Shown here piece by piece: positions 36,384 through 45,552 of a DNA stretch of 64,000 nt. Each line of letters starts with the position of its first letter. Within the stretch, counting starts at the first letter, position 1. Source of the stretch: Bacteroidaceae bacterium (lineage in GTDB: Bacteria; Bacteroidota; Bacteroidia; Bacteroidales; Bacteroidaceae); the NCBI GenBank assembly GCA_024398635.1, contig JAKSIV010000009.1:5426-69425 (forward strand), in the 5' to 3' direction. The translations under genes were made by a program, and so were the position numbers. Under the pieces are notes generated by a model. The model searched no databases. It saw only the letters and a list, made by a program, of their open reading frames with translations, and was not told where the DNA came from.

Positions 36384-38165
36384 ATGAAAAAAGAGATTCA
36401 ATTCAGTCTTGTTTACCGTGACATGTGGCAGTCATCAGGCAAGTACGTACCACGCAAGGATCAGTTGGCCAAGATTGCCCCGGTAATTATTGATATGGGT
36501 TGCTTCGACCGCGTTGAGACCAACGGCGGTGCCATGGAGCAAGTCAATCTTCTGTACGGCGAGAACCCCAACCAGGCAGTCCGCACATTCACCAAGCCCT
36601 TCAACGAGGTGGGCATCAAGACCCACATGCTTGACCGTGGCCTGAACGCATTGCGCATGAACCCTGTTCCGGCCGATGTACGTCAGCTCATGTATAAGGT
36701 AAAGCACGCTCAGGGCGTTGATATAACACGTATATTCTGCGGTCTGAATGACCCGCGTAACATAATCCCCTCAATCAAGTGGGCCAAGCAGGCTGGCATG
36801 ACCGCTCAGGCAACCATGTGTATCACCTACTCCAAGGTACACAATGCCGAGTACTACATCAACCTGGCCGAGCAGCTCATCGAGGGCGGCGCACAGGAGA
36901 TCTGCCTCAAGGATATGGCCGGTATCGGCCGTCCCGCAATGCTGGGCACCATCGTTCGCGCCATCAAGGAGAAACATCCCGACATCGTCATACAGTACCA
37001 CGGCCACAACGGCCCCGGTTTCGCAGTAGCTTCAATGCTTGAGGTTGCCAAGGCCGGCGGTGACGTTCTGGACGTAGCCATGGAGCCGCTGTCATGGGGT
37101 AAGGTTCATCCGGATGTAATCACCATCCAGGCCATGCTCAAGGATGCCGGATTCCTGGTAAAGGACATCAACATGAAGGCTTACATGGAGGCTCGTTCAC
37201 TCACTCAGAGCTTCATGGACGATTTCCTGGGCTACTGGATCGACCCCAAGAACTCACTGATGAGTTCACTGCTGGTAGGTTGCGGCCTGCCCGGCGGTAT
37301 GATGGGATCACTTATGGCTGACCTTAAGGGTATGCACGCCGCCATCAACGCCAACCTCAAGAAGAAGGGTGAGAAGGAGCTGTCTGAGGACGAGCTGCTC
37401 GTTGAGCTCTTTGATGAGGTACAGCGCATATGGCCTATGCTGGGTACTCCCTGCCTGGTTACACCTTTCAGCCAGTACGTAAAGAACGCCGCTTTGATGA
37501 ACCTCTACTCCAAGTCAATGGACGAGAAGCCCTTCACCCGTATGGATCCCGCCATGTGGGGCATGGTTCTTGGTAAGTCAGGTAAACTGCCCGGCCAGCT
37601 GGCTCCCGAGATCGTTGAGATTGCCAAGGAGAAAGGCTTTGAATTCTATACCGATGATCCTCAGGTACTCTACCCCAACGAGCTCCCGCGCTTTGAGAAG
37701 GAGATGAAGGAGAACGGCTGGGACCGCGGTCAGGATGATGAGGAGCTCTTTGAGTTCGCTATGCATGAGAAGCAGTACCGCGAGTACAAGTCCGGTCAGG
37801 CCAAGGATCAGTTCAACAAGGATCTTATGGAGCGCATGGAGAAGGCTCAGGCCGGTACCGCCGGTGCACCCGTCAAGCACTTCACCGCAGCCGACAAGCG
37901 CGCCATCCTGCATCCCGATGCAGAACCCATCCAGGCAGCTGTCAGCGGCCGCGTAATCTGGGATCTGGACTACATGGATCAGTCAACCAATCCTCCCTTC
38001 GGCAAGCAGTACAAGAAGGGTGACTGGATGGTCGGTATACAGGCCAGCGGCAATAGCTTCATTGACAACGCCACCGCACCTTACGACTGCCACCTGGCAG
38101 CTGTCGAGAAGGAGCACGGCTCACTCGTAACAAAGGGTGAAGTCATCGGCTGGATAGAGAGGTGA
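36384..38165 (+). CDS. pyruvate/oxaloacetate carboxyltransferase (5S / OadA-type TIM barrel) with a degenerate C-terminal biotinyl-like domain
   Basis: The N-terminus (VYRDMWQSSGKYVPRKDQL..VETNGGA..HMLDRGLNALRM) is typical of this family. The C-terminal ~75 aa has the biotinyl-domain layout, but QASGN occupies the place of EAMKM. Confidence 0.75.
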   Translation: MKKEIQFSLVYRDMWQSSGKYVPRKDQLAKIAPVIIDMGCFDRVETNGGAMEQVNLLYGENPNQAVRTFTKPFNEVGIKTHMLDRGLNALRMNPVPADVRQLMYKVKHAQGVDITRIFCGLNDPRNIIPSIKWAKQAGMTAQATMCITYSKVHNAEYYINLAEQLIEGGAQEICLKDMAGIGRPAMLGTIVRAIKEKHPDIVIQYHGHNGPGFAVASMLEVAKAGGDVLDVAMEPLSWGKVHPDVITIQAMLKDAGFLVKDINMKAYMEARSLTQSFMDDFLGYWIDPKNSLMSSLLVGCGLPGGMMGSLMADLKGMHAAINANLKKKGEKELSEDELLVELFDEVQRIWPMLGTPCLVTPFSQYVKNAALMNLYSKSMDEKPFTRMDPAMWGMVLGKSGKLPGQLAPEIVEIAKEKGFEFYTDDPQVLYPNELPRFEKEMKENGWDRGQDDEELFEFAMHEKQYREYKSGQAKDQFNKDLMERMEKAQAGTAGAPVKHFTAADKRAILHPDAEPIQAAVSGRVIWDLDYMDQSTNPPFGKQYKKGDWMVGIQASGNSFIDNATAPYDCHLAAVEKEHGSLVTKGEVIGWIER

Positions 38166-38286
38166 CAAAGGGGACGGTTCTTTTTGGCACCTTATGATAA
38201 AAAGCGTCTGGAAATCCAGACGCTTTTTTGTTGGATAGCGAACTCATGTCAAAAGGTGCCAAAAAGAACCGTCCCCTTTGTCACCT
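38160..38286. repeat. 34-bp perfect inverted repeat (AGGTGACAAAGGGGACGGTTCTTTTTGGCACCTT) enclosing an intrinsic terminator
   Basis: Arms are 38160-38193 and 38253-38286. Each arm contains the final Arg codon and the TGA stop of one of the two convergent genes. Confidence 0.9.
38199..38229. terminator. bidirectional rho-independent terminator
   Basis: AAAAA-GCGTCTGG-AAAT-CCAGACGC-TTTTTT, located between convergent genes. Confidence 0.8.
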
Positions 38287-39063
38287 TTTCACGATGTGGA
38301 TGCTTAGCTCGTATAGGAGGTAGATAGGTAACGTGACTATAGTCAGGGTAAAGATATCTGTTGTGGGGGTAATAATAGCCGCGATAATCAGGATGACTAC
38401 TATTGCGTGACGACGGTACTTTTTCATGAAGGCCGCGTCAATAATACCCAGTTTGTGCAGGAACCATGCCAGTATGGGAAGTTCAAACAGTATACCCATC
38501 AAAAGGGTCAGTGTAATAAGCAGGTTGGTATAGGATTCCAGGGTTATTACATTGGGAATGCTTTCACTCACCTGATAGGTGCCAAGGAAGCGGAATGCCA
38601 GGGGAAATATTATAAGGTAATCAAGAATTATACCTACCATGAACAGGATGTATGACCATACAACAACACGTGTGGTACTGCGGCGTTCATTTGAGTACAG
38701 TGCCGGTCTGACAAAGCCGAAAAGCAGATAAAGCGTGTATGGCATTATCACCACCAGACTCAGATAGAACGCCATTTTCATGTGGATCATGAACTGGGCG
38801 GTAAGCGTGGTGCTGAACATATCGACGTTGAAATCGCGCAGAGCCGATGCATCAAACCCGGCCCACCCCGCTACGGCCGATATCCACCTGTAAAGAATGA
38901 AATCGGGACTACTGGGTGCAAGTATCAGTTTAAAGAGCGGTTCCTTGAAGCAGAACGCGACAATAAACCCCACCACAGCTACGGCGAGGACGCGCAGAAT
39001 GACATCCCTGAGAGCGTCCAGATGGTCCCAGAAAGTCATGGGCTTGTCTTCCGGAACAGCCAT
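38281..39063 (-). CDS. tatC: twin-arginine translocase subunit TatC
   Basis: MTFWDHLDALRDVILRVL followed by six TM segments, as is typical of TatC. Confidence 0.9.
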   Translation of the reverse strand: MAVPEDKPMTFWDHLDALRDVILRVLAVAVVGFIVAFCFKEPLFKLILAPSSPDFILYRWISAVAGWAGFDASALRDFNVDMFSTTLTAQFMIHMKMAFYLSLVVIMPYTLYLLFGFVRPALYSNERRSTTRVVVWSYILFMVGIILDYLIIFPLAFRFLGTYQVSESIPNVITLESYTNLLITLTLLMGILFELPILAWFLHKLGIIDAAFMKKYRRHAIVVILIIAAIITPTTDIFTLTIVTLPIYLLYELSIHIVKR

Positions 39064-39075
39064 AAAAGAATAGGA

Positions 39076-39300
39076 TTACTTGGATTCGGGCTCCTTATCG
39101 GTTTCCTTGGCGGCAGTCTCATCAGGAGCGTTGATCTCCTTTTCAACCTCCTTCATGCCCTCTTTGAAGCTCTTTACGCCCTTGCCCATACTCTTCATGA
39201 GTTCGGGAATACGCTTAGCTCCGAACAGAAGCAGGATAACAACGACAATAAGTATTATTTCACCGGTTCCCAGTCCCAGTATAAGCGGATAAAGTGTCAT
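39076..39300 (-). CDS. tatA: twin-arginine translocase subunit TatA/E
   Basis: 74 aa. GTGEIILIVVVILLLFGAKRIPELMKSMGKGVKSFKEG is the TatA signature. Confidence 0.85.
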   Translation of the reverse strand: MTLYPLILGLGTGEIILIVVVILLLFGAKRIPELMKSMGKGVKSFKEGMKEVEKEINAPDETAAKETDKEPESK

Positions 39301-39323
39301 AGCGTTTGGTAGTTTGTTGTTTG

Positions 39324-39331
39324 CAAATGTA
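39324..39331 (-). promoter_or_regulatory. -7 box TACATTTG (minus strand)
   Basis: Reverse complement of CAAATGTA. It lies 23 nt upstream of the tatA start. Confidence 0.45.
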
Positions 39332-39450
39332 ATCCTATTTACGGAATATGCTGAAATGTGCTCTGTTTTTTTTGTTTGAGGCCGGCTTTTTGACCCGAAA
39401 CGGATTGCACAAGCCGCAGAAAATGACTAATATTGCATCTTAATAAACTA

Positions 39451-40539
39451 ATGGAAAAGAATATGTACAAAGACGGTTTCTTTATAACTGGAATTCAACA
39501 GATAGGCGTGGGTACAACATCGGTTTATGATTCATGGAAATGGTTCATAAAGATGTTCGGCGTCGATATAAGAGTATTGGAAGATGACACTGTTGCAGAG
39601 CGTATGCTCCCCTACACCGGCGGTCATCCGCGCAAGCGCCACGCCGCCATTGCAGTAAGCCTGCAGGGAGGTGGCGGATTTGAGATCTGGCAGTACTCTG
39701 AGCGCAAGCCCAAACCGGTGGATTTCCAGATTCAGGTTGGTGACCTGGGCATATTCTGCGCCAAAGTTAAGTGCCGCAACACCGAGAGCGCACATAAGTA
39801 CGCATCGGAGCGTTGGGATAAGGTAAGCCCTATCGTCACCGCACCCGACGGCAGCAAGACCTTCTATATCACCGACCCTGAGGGCAACTGGTTCCAGGCC
39901 GTACAGGATGATTACCTTCTGCTGGATGAGGGCAAGGAGTTCGGCGGTATGATTGGCTGCATGATTGGCGTGACCGATATGGACAAGGCACGCACCGTCT
40001 ATTCCGATATACTGGGTTATGACCAGCTGATATATAACGAATACGGCCATTTTGATGACCTCAAGCCTCTGGCAGGCGGTGACGGAGAGTTCCGTCGCGT
40101 GTTGCTCAAGTGGTCAAAGCCTAACAAGGGCGCCTTTTCATCCATATTCCCCTCCGGTTACATAGAGCTGGTACAGTGCCGTGACCGCGAGCCCCGCAAG
40201 ATTTTCGAGGGACGTTATTGGGGAGATCCCGGATTCATACAGATTTGCTTTGACGTAACCGGAATGGACGAACTGGGCAAGTGGTGCGCCGATCACGGAC
40301 ATCCCTTCACGGTTGACAGCTGCCCCGACGGCAAGCAGTTTGCCATGGGTGACGCATCGGGCCGATTCACATACATAGAGGATCAGGACGGCACTCTGAT
40401 TGAGTTTGTGGAGACCTACCGCATATCGGTAGCCAAGAAGCTGGGCTGGTATATCAACCTGCTTTACCGTAACCGCGAGAAGCCGCTTTCAAAGCTGCTC
40501 TTCCGTGCCATGAAAATGAACCGCAAGAAGTTTGACTGA
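39451..40539 (+). CDS. VOC-superfamily (glyoxalase/dioxygenase fold) protein, two tandem modules
   Basis: ITGIQQIGVGTTSVYDSWKWFIKMFG, and a second module GCMIGVTDMDKARTVYSDILGY. The track start at 39433 is TTG, so the first ATG is used. Confidence 0.65.
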   Translation: MEKNMYKDGFFITGIQQIGVGTTSVYDSWKWFIKMFGVDIRVLEDDTVAERMLPYTGGHPRKRHAAIAVSLQGGGGFEIWQYSERKPKPVDFQIQVGDLGIFCAKVKCRNTESAHKYASERWDKVSPIVTAPDGSKTFYITDPEGNWFQAVQDDYLLLDEGKEFGGMIGCMIGVTDMDKARTVYSDILGYDQLIYNEYGHFDDLKPLAGGDGEFRRVLLKWSKPNKGAFSSIFPSGYIELVQCRDREPRKIFEGRYWGDPGFIQICFDVTGMDELGKWCADHGHPFTVDSCPDGKQFAMGDASGRFTYIEDQDGTLIEFVETYRISVAKKLGWYINLLYRNREKPLSKLLFRAMKMNRKKFD

Positions 40540-40553
40540 TCAACTATCCGCTT

Positions 40554-41171
40554 ATGGGAAATCTCATTGATCTTATCAAGTCCGACGTCCGTTACGAGGA
40601 CTCGCTCAAGGCATGCATGAACTGCGGAATCTGTACCGCAATATGCCCGGCGGCCGAGTTCTACGACTATGACCCCCGCCGCATCTGCGATACTGTGCAG
40701 CGCGGTGATGAGGAGCAGGTAGAAAAGCTTCTGCGTTCGGACACAATCTGGTACTGCGGACAATGCATGTCATGCAAGCCCCGTTGCCCGCGCGGCAATA
40801 TTCCCGGAGCCGTAATCAACATACTGCGTAAGGTTTCCCAGGATATGGGATACTATAAGGATAGTCACATGGGCCGCCAGCAGGTTGAGTTGATGGAAGG
40901 CATCGGCAACAACATTCTGGAGATAGGTTATTGCGTACATCCCGATAAGGTCCTGCCTGAAAGACATCCCGAGCAGGGACCTGTCTGGGAGTGGTATGTA
41001 AAGAATATCAAGACCGTTTCGCCCAAGTTCGGAGCCAACTATCACGGCGAGGGTGCCGGTGCATTGCGTACCATCACACCTGAGACCATGGAAGAACTTC
41101 GCAACATATTCCGCGTAACCGGAGGCATGGGTTTCCATGACACGATTTTAAACGGCCCGCACGATGAATAA
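40554..41171 (+). CDS. HdrC-like 2x[4Fe-4S] ferredoxin-domain protein
   Basis: CMNCGICTAICP and CGQCMSCKPRCP, with the long inter-cluster spacer typical of HdrC/SdhB-like proteins. Confidence 0.75.
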   Translation: MGNLIDLIKSDVRYEDSLKACMNCGICTAICPAAEFYDYDPRRICDTVQRGDEEQVEKLLRSDTIWYCGQCMSCKPRCPRGNIPGAVINILRKVSQDMGYYKDSHMGRQQVELMEGIGNNILEIGYCVHPDKVLPERHPEQGPVWEWYVKNIKTVSPKFGANYHGEGAGALRTITPETMEELRNIFRVTGGMGFHDTILNGPHDE

Positions 41172-41496
41172 ATTCGGTTTCGCCATAAAGACTCCCCGAT
41201 CGGAGGATATGGACAAGGTATCGCTTGAGCGGTACAACATGCTGCTTGACCGCGTCCCTTCGTTCAAGCGCTGTTTCCAGTGCGGGTGCTGCAGTGCCAC
41301 CTGTTCGGCACGTCAGTATACCGAGTTCAGCATCCGCCGCATTCACACCTCGTTCCGTCGCGGTGAATATGAAGGGCTTGACGAGCAGCTCAAAAAGTGC
41401 ATGCTCTGCGGTAAATGCACCTTGGTTTGCCCGCGTGGGGTAAACCTGCGTTCACTGATTATCAATATGCGTCAGATCCTTGACGAAACAAAATAA
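41164..41496 (+). CDS. second small HdrC-like 2x[4Fe-4S] protein
   Basis: CFQCGCCSATCS and CMLCGKCTLVCP. Its start overlaps the upstream gene by 8 nt. Confidence 0.7.
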   Translation: MNKFGFAIKTPRSEDMDKVSLERYNMLLDRVPSFKRCFQCGCCSATCSARQYTEFSIRRIHTSFRRGEYEGLDEQLKKCMLCGKCTLVCPRGVNLRSLIINMRQILDETK

Positions 41497-41502
41497 GCCG
41501 CC

Positions 41503-43458
41503 ATGAAGATACACGCATATCCATATAATGATTTTGTGATACCGTTCCTGATTGGAACTATCCTGCTGTTCTCAATCATTATATACAAATACATACGCTG
41601 GATAAGACGTTTCAGCGACGAGCAGCGTAAGGTAATCCGCAGCAACTGGTATTCATGGAAGATATTCCCCGCTATATGGGAGATGATACGTGAAGGCCTC
41701 CTGCACGTGCGTATTCTAAAGGAAAACCTGCTTCTGGGCATAATGCACCAGGCATATGCCTTAGGCTGGTTCCTGCTCATATTGGTAGGTGCAATTGAGA
41801 GCCGTGACGCCTTCTTTACACTGCAGCACGAGCAGTCAATTGAGACGGTACGTGAACTCGATGCACAGAACGGCTGGTATATATACAATACCGGCGAGAA
41901 TAAGGACCCCGAGTATCTCAATCAGCGCCGTTATCGTGTTGAGACCGAGGACGGAATAGCCCGTATCCACTACCACCGTCCCTTCTATGTAGGTATATTC
42001 TACCGCTACTTTGTACATAAGGCACCGGCAGCGTTCCATCAACATAAGGCATATTCAGACCTGATGGACGCATTGCTGCTCTACGTGTTCTTAGGTCTCA
42101 CAATGGCCATCATAAAGATATTCTGGTCCAAGATACTGGGAATGCGCCGCACCACCAAGCATACCATTGTAGACCGATTCTCAAAGTTCTCACTTTGGAT
42201 GATATTCCCGTTACGTCTGCTGGCCGAGTCTGTCACAGCCTGTCTTTACGGCAACGGCGGATTCTTTACCCAGGCGGTGGGTAACCTGTTCGACCCTATG
42301 ATTGTACGCGGCCTGGAGACATCGGTATGGATGCTCTATTCCCTTATGCTGGGCGTATTCTTTGTGACCATGCCGTTCACCCGCTACATGCATATCTTCA
42401 CCGAGCTACTGCTCATATACTTCCGTAAGATCGGAGTCCGTGAAGAGACCGGCAAGACAGGCTATACCCTATTTGAGCTGAATGCCTGCTCACGTTGCGG
42501 CGTCTGCATATCGGGCTGTCCCATTGACCGGGTGCTTGAGAACCACGAGATACAGTCCGTCTATCTGATACGCAGCCTGCGTAACCAGGAGCGCGGAAGC
42601 CGTCTTAAGATGATTGCCGACAACTGTCTTATGTGTGACCGATGCACGGTCGATTGTCCCGTAGGCATTGACCTGAGCGCCCTACGCCGTCAAACCAGAG
42701 CCAAAGGCGCCATCGACACTGTTGGCAATTATTCATATCTGAACAAGCGACAGTCACCGTTCAACGCCATAGGACGTGTAGCTTACTTTGGAGGTTGTAT
42801 GTCTCATCTTACCCCTGGCATCACCGAGTCAATGGAGAAGATATTCACTGCAGCCGGTCAGAAGTACTGGTACATGGACAAGTTGGGAACCATATGCTGC
42901 GGACGTCCTTTGCAGCAGCAGGGATTCACCAATCAGGCAGCCGAACTGCGAAAGAAGAATACCGATCTGATAGAGAAATCAGGCTCAACCATGTTGGTAA
43001 CCTCCTGCCCAATCTGCTATCAGTCATTCAAGAAGGAGTACAATCTGAACATACCGGTAGTTCATCACACAGAGTATATCGATATGCTCATCAAGCAGGG
43101 ATGTCTTAAGGTGCGTCACGATGACCGCAAGGTATCATATCATGATCCGTGCGAGCTGGGTCGCGGATGCGGAATCTACGAAGAACCACGCCAGGTTCTC
43201 AGTGCCGTAACCAACTTGCAAAAGACCCGTTACCAAAGAGAAAAGAGTGTGTGCTGCGGATTCAACCTGGGAGACACCAAACTCAGCCTTGAGGAGCAGA
43301 CCAAGATAAGGAACGCATCACTTGCCAACCTGACAAGCAAGCCGGTTGATGCAATCGCAACCGCCTGCCCCATGTGTAAGAAGGCGTTCCAGCATGCCAC
43401 CAACGACTATCCTGTAAAGGACATAGCCGAGATTGTGGCAGAGAACCTTATAAACTGA
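41503..43458 (+). CDS. membrane-anchored Fe-S / CCG-domain protein (HdrE/DsrM-like N-terminus fused to an HdrD/DsrK/GlpC-like C-terminus)
   Basis: About 5 TM segments with conserved His residues (GIMHQAYALGWF, TRYMHIFTELL). Then CSRCGVCISGCP and CLMCDRCTVDCP. Then two CCG motifs (ICCGRP..CPIC and CCGFNLG..CPMC). Confidence 0.75.
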   Translation: MKIHAYPYNDFVIPFLIGTILLFSIIIYKYIRWIRRFSDEQRKVIRSNWYSWKIFPAIWEMIREGLLHVRILKENLLLGIMHQAYALGWFLLILVGAIESRDAFFTLQHEQSIETVRELDAQNGWYIYNTGENKDPEYLNQRRYRVETEDGIARIHYHRPFYVGIFYRYFVHKAPAAFHQHKAYSDLMDALLLYVFLGLTMAIIKIFWSKILGMRRTTKHTIVDRFSKFSLWMIFPLRLLAESVTACLYGNGGFFTQAVGNLFDPMIVRGLETSVWMLYSLMLGVFFVTMPFTRYMHIFTELLLIYFRKIGVREETGKTGYTLFELNACSRCGVCISGCPIDRVLENHEIQSVYLIRSLRNQERGSRLKMIADNCLMCDRCTVDCPVGIDLSALRRQTRAKGAIDTVGNYSYLNKRQSPFNAIGRVAYFGGCMSHLTPGITESMEKIFTAAGQKYWYMDKLGTICCGRPLQQQGFTNQAAELRKKNTDLIEKSGSTMLVTSCPICYQSFKKEYNLNIPVVHHTEYIDMLIKQGCLKVRHDDRKVSYHDPCELGRGCGIYEEPRQVLSAVTNLQKTRYQREKSVCCGFNLGDTKLSLEEQTKIRNASLANLTSKPVDAIATACPMCKKAFQHATNDYPVKDIAEIVAENLIN

Positions 43459-43465
43459 TAAGATT

Positions 43466-44518
43466 ATGAACCGTTTTTGGAACGAATATCAGAAAGCTAT
43501 AGCTGATGACCATTTCTTCTACGAGCGCAGCTGCATCCGCCAGACCTTTTTCCCGGGCTCTGAGACTGCTTTCCTGCGTATGCTCCGCGAAGAACTGAAC
43601 AAGGATATCTTTGACGATTTCCGTCAGCACACCTGCACCGGTATAGGTTTTCACTGCGATATAGTACCGCTCGAAACCACAATGACCGTAGTGGCCCGTC
43701 TGTTCTCACTCATGACCGAGCACGGCTATGAGAACTACGTTCCCTCATGCGTAACGTCATTCGGCGTCTTTACCGAAATGGTACATATGTGGGAGGAGCA
43801 TCCCGAACTTCTTGAGAAGACCCGTGAAAACCTCTACAAGGCCTGCAAGCGCGAGTTCAACATACCCAAGAACATAGCCCACCCGTCGGACGTGATTTAT
43901 CATTTCCGTAACGAATTGGCCGAAAAGATGAAATACCGCCTGGTAAACCGCTTTACCGGAAAGCCGCTCAAGGTTGTGGAGCACATAGGTTGCCACTATG
44001 CCAAGATATTTCCCGACAAGGGCGTTGGTAAGGCAGAGTTCCCCTACGTTCTGGCAGGCATGATAGAGTCCTGGGGTGGCGAGGTTGTCGATTACCCCGA
44101 GCGCCGTCACTGCTGCGGATTCGGATTCCGCCAGTATCTGGTTCAGGAGAACCGCGGATACTCCGTATCCAACACCAAGAAGAAACTTGAGTCAATGGAG
44201 CCCTACGAGCCCGATTTCATAGTATCCAACTGTCCCGGCTGTTCCATGTTCCTGGACCGCTGGCAGTATACCATCGCCGAGATGGAGCACAAGACCTATG
44301 ACCGTGAGGGTTACGGCATTCCCGTCCTGACCTATGAGGAAATGGCCGGTCTGCTCCTTGGATATGACCCATGGGAACTTGGACTCCAGATTCATCAGGT
44401 ACAATCAGAGCGCCTGCTTGACAAGATAGGCATACCGTATGACCCCAAGGCCAAATACAGAACAGCCGACGGCAAGATACTGCGTGCCCCCGAAAAACCC
44501 GAAAACCTGTTAGTGTAA
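43466..44518 (+). CDS. HdrB-like CCG-domain protein
   Basis: HCCGFGFRQ and NCPGC in the C-terminal half, about 300 aa of HdrB-like layout, and no TM segment. Confidence 0.7.
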   Translation: MNRFWNEYQKAIADDHFFYERSCIRQTFFPGSETAFLRMLREELNKDIFDDFRQHTCTGIGFHCDIVPLETTMTVVARLFSLMTEHGYENYVPSCVTSFGVFTEMVHMWEEHPELLEKTRENLYKACKREFNIPKNIAHPSDVIYHFRNELAEKMKYRLVNRFTGKPLKVVEHIGCHYAKIFPDKGVGKAEFPYVLAGMIESWGGEVVDYPERRHCCGFGFRQYLVQENRGYSVSNTKKKLESMEPYEPDFIVSNCPGCSMFLDRWQYTIAEMEHKTYDREGYGIPVLTYEEMAGLLLGYDPWELGLQIHQVQSERLLDKIGIPYDPKAKYRTADGKILRAPEKPENLLV

Positions 44519-44525
44519 ACCGCTT

Positions 44526-45548
44526 ATGAGAAAAGTCGCAATAATAGGAGCCGGCCCCGCCGGTATAGAGGCCGCATCAACACTGGCCAAGAACGGTATT
44601 GAGGTCACTCTGTTTGAAAAGTCAGAGACTCCGCTCAAGAACATACAGGACAAGGCTTTCCTGTTCCCCAATTTCCAGGCAGCCCAGGAGATTGCCGATG
44701 ATCTGAGCGGCAAGCTGCTCACCGACGGCATCACTACCGCTTTCGGAGTTGACATAGCCGACATCAAATGGCAGGGCACCGAGTGGAAACTCATAGATGC
44801 CAAGAACCAGACCTATGTGGCCGATGCAGTTCTCGTTGCCACCGGCTATCAGGTATTTGATGCCCACCGCAAGGAAGAACTGGGTTACGGTATCTACAAA
44901 GGCGTAATCACATCACTCGATATGGAGCAGATGATCAAACACGGCAAGATCCTGAATGCCAACGGCGATGAGCCCAAGCGCGTTACATTCCTGCAGTGCG
45001 TAGGCTCACGTGACGAGAAGAGCGGCAACCACTACTGCTCCAAGATTTGCTGCGTTACAGCCGTAAAGCAGGCTATCGAGGTACGCAAGCAACTGCCAAA
45101 GTGTGAAGCATCGATATTCTACATGGACCTGCGTATGTGGGGCCAGGGATTCGAGGAGATGTACCGCACCGCCCAGGAGAAATACGGTGTAAGCTTCGTT
45201 CGCGGACGTATATCGGAGGCTGCTGCCACATTCGACGGCCGTGTACAGCTTAAGAGTGAGGATACCCTGATGGGACTGCCACTCAAGATGACTACCGACC
45301 TTCTGGTACTTATGGTAGGTATGGAGGCCTCATGCGGCACCAAGGAGCTTGGCAAGGCTTGCGACATAAGCGGTGACTACGGCTTTATCAAGTCCGTAAA
45401 TCCCCACCTCTACGACAATGAGACCGGCAAGCCCGGACTCTTTGTGGCAGGCACCTGCAAGCGTCCCATGAGCGTATCGGACTCCATCAACGATGCCCGC
45501 TCTGCCGCCATAGCGATCAAGGACTACCTTGACACCCTACCTCAATAA
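44526..45548 (+). CDS. HdrA-like FAD-dependent oxidoreductase (core domain only)
   Basis: Dinucleotide fold VAIIGAGPAGIEAA. The signature FLQCVGSRDEKSGNHYCSKICC matches the HdrA-type CxGSRD...C..CC cluster. Confidence 0.75.
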   Translation: MRKVAIIGAGPAGIEAASTLAKNGIEVTLFEKSETPLKNIQDKAFLFPNFQAAQEIADDLSGKLLTDGITTAFGVDIADIKWQGTEWKLIDAKNQTYVADAVLVATGYQVFDAHRKEELGYGIYKGVITSLDMEQMIKHGKILNANGDEPKRVTFLQCVGSRDEKSGNHYCSKICCVTAVKQAIEVRKQLPKCEASIFYMDLRMWGQGFEEMYRTAQEKYGVSFVRGRISEAAATFDGRVQLKSEDTLMGLPLKMTTDLLVLMVGMEASCGTKELGKACDISGDYGFIKSVNPHLYDNETGKPGLFVAGTCKRPMSVSDSINDARSAAIAIKDYLDTLPQ

Positions 45549-45552
45549 TAAT

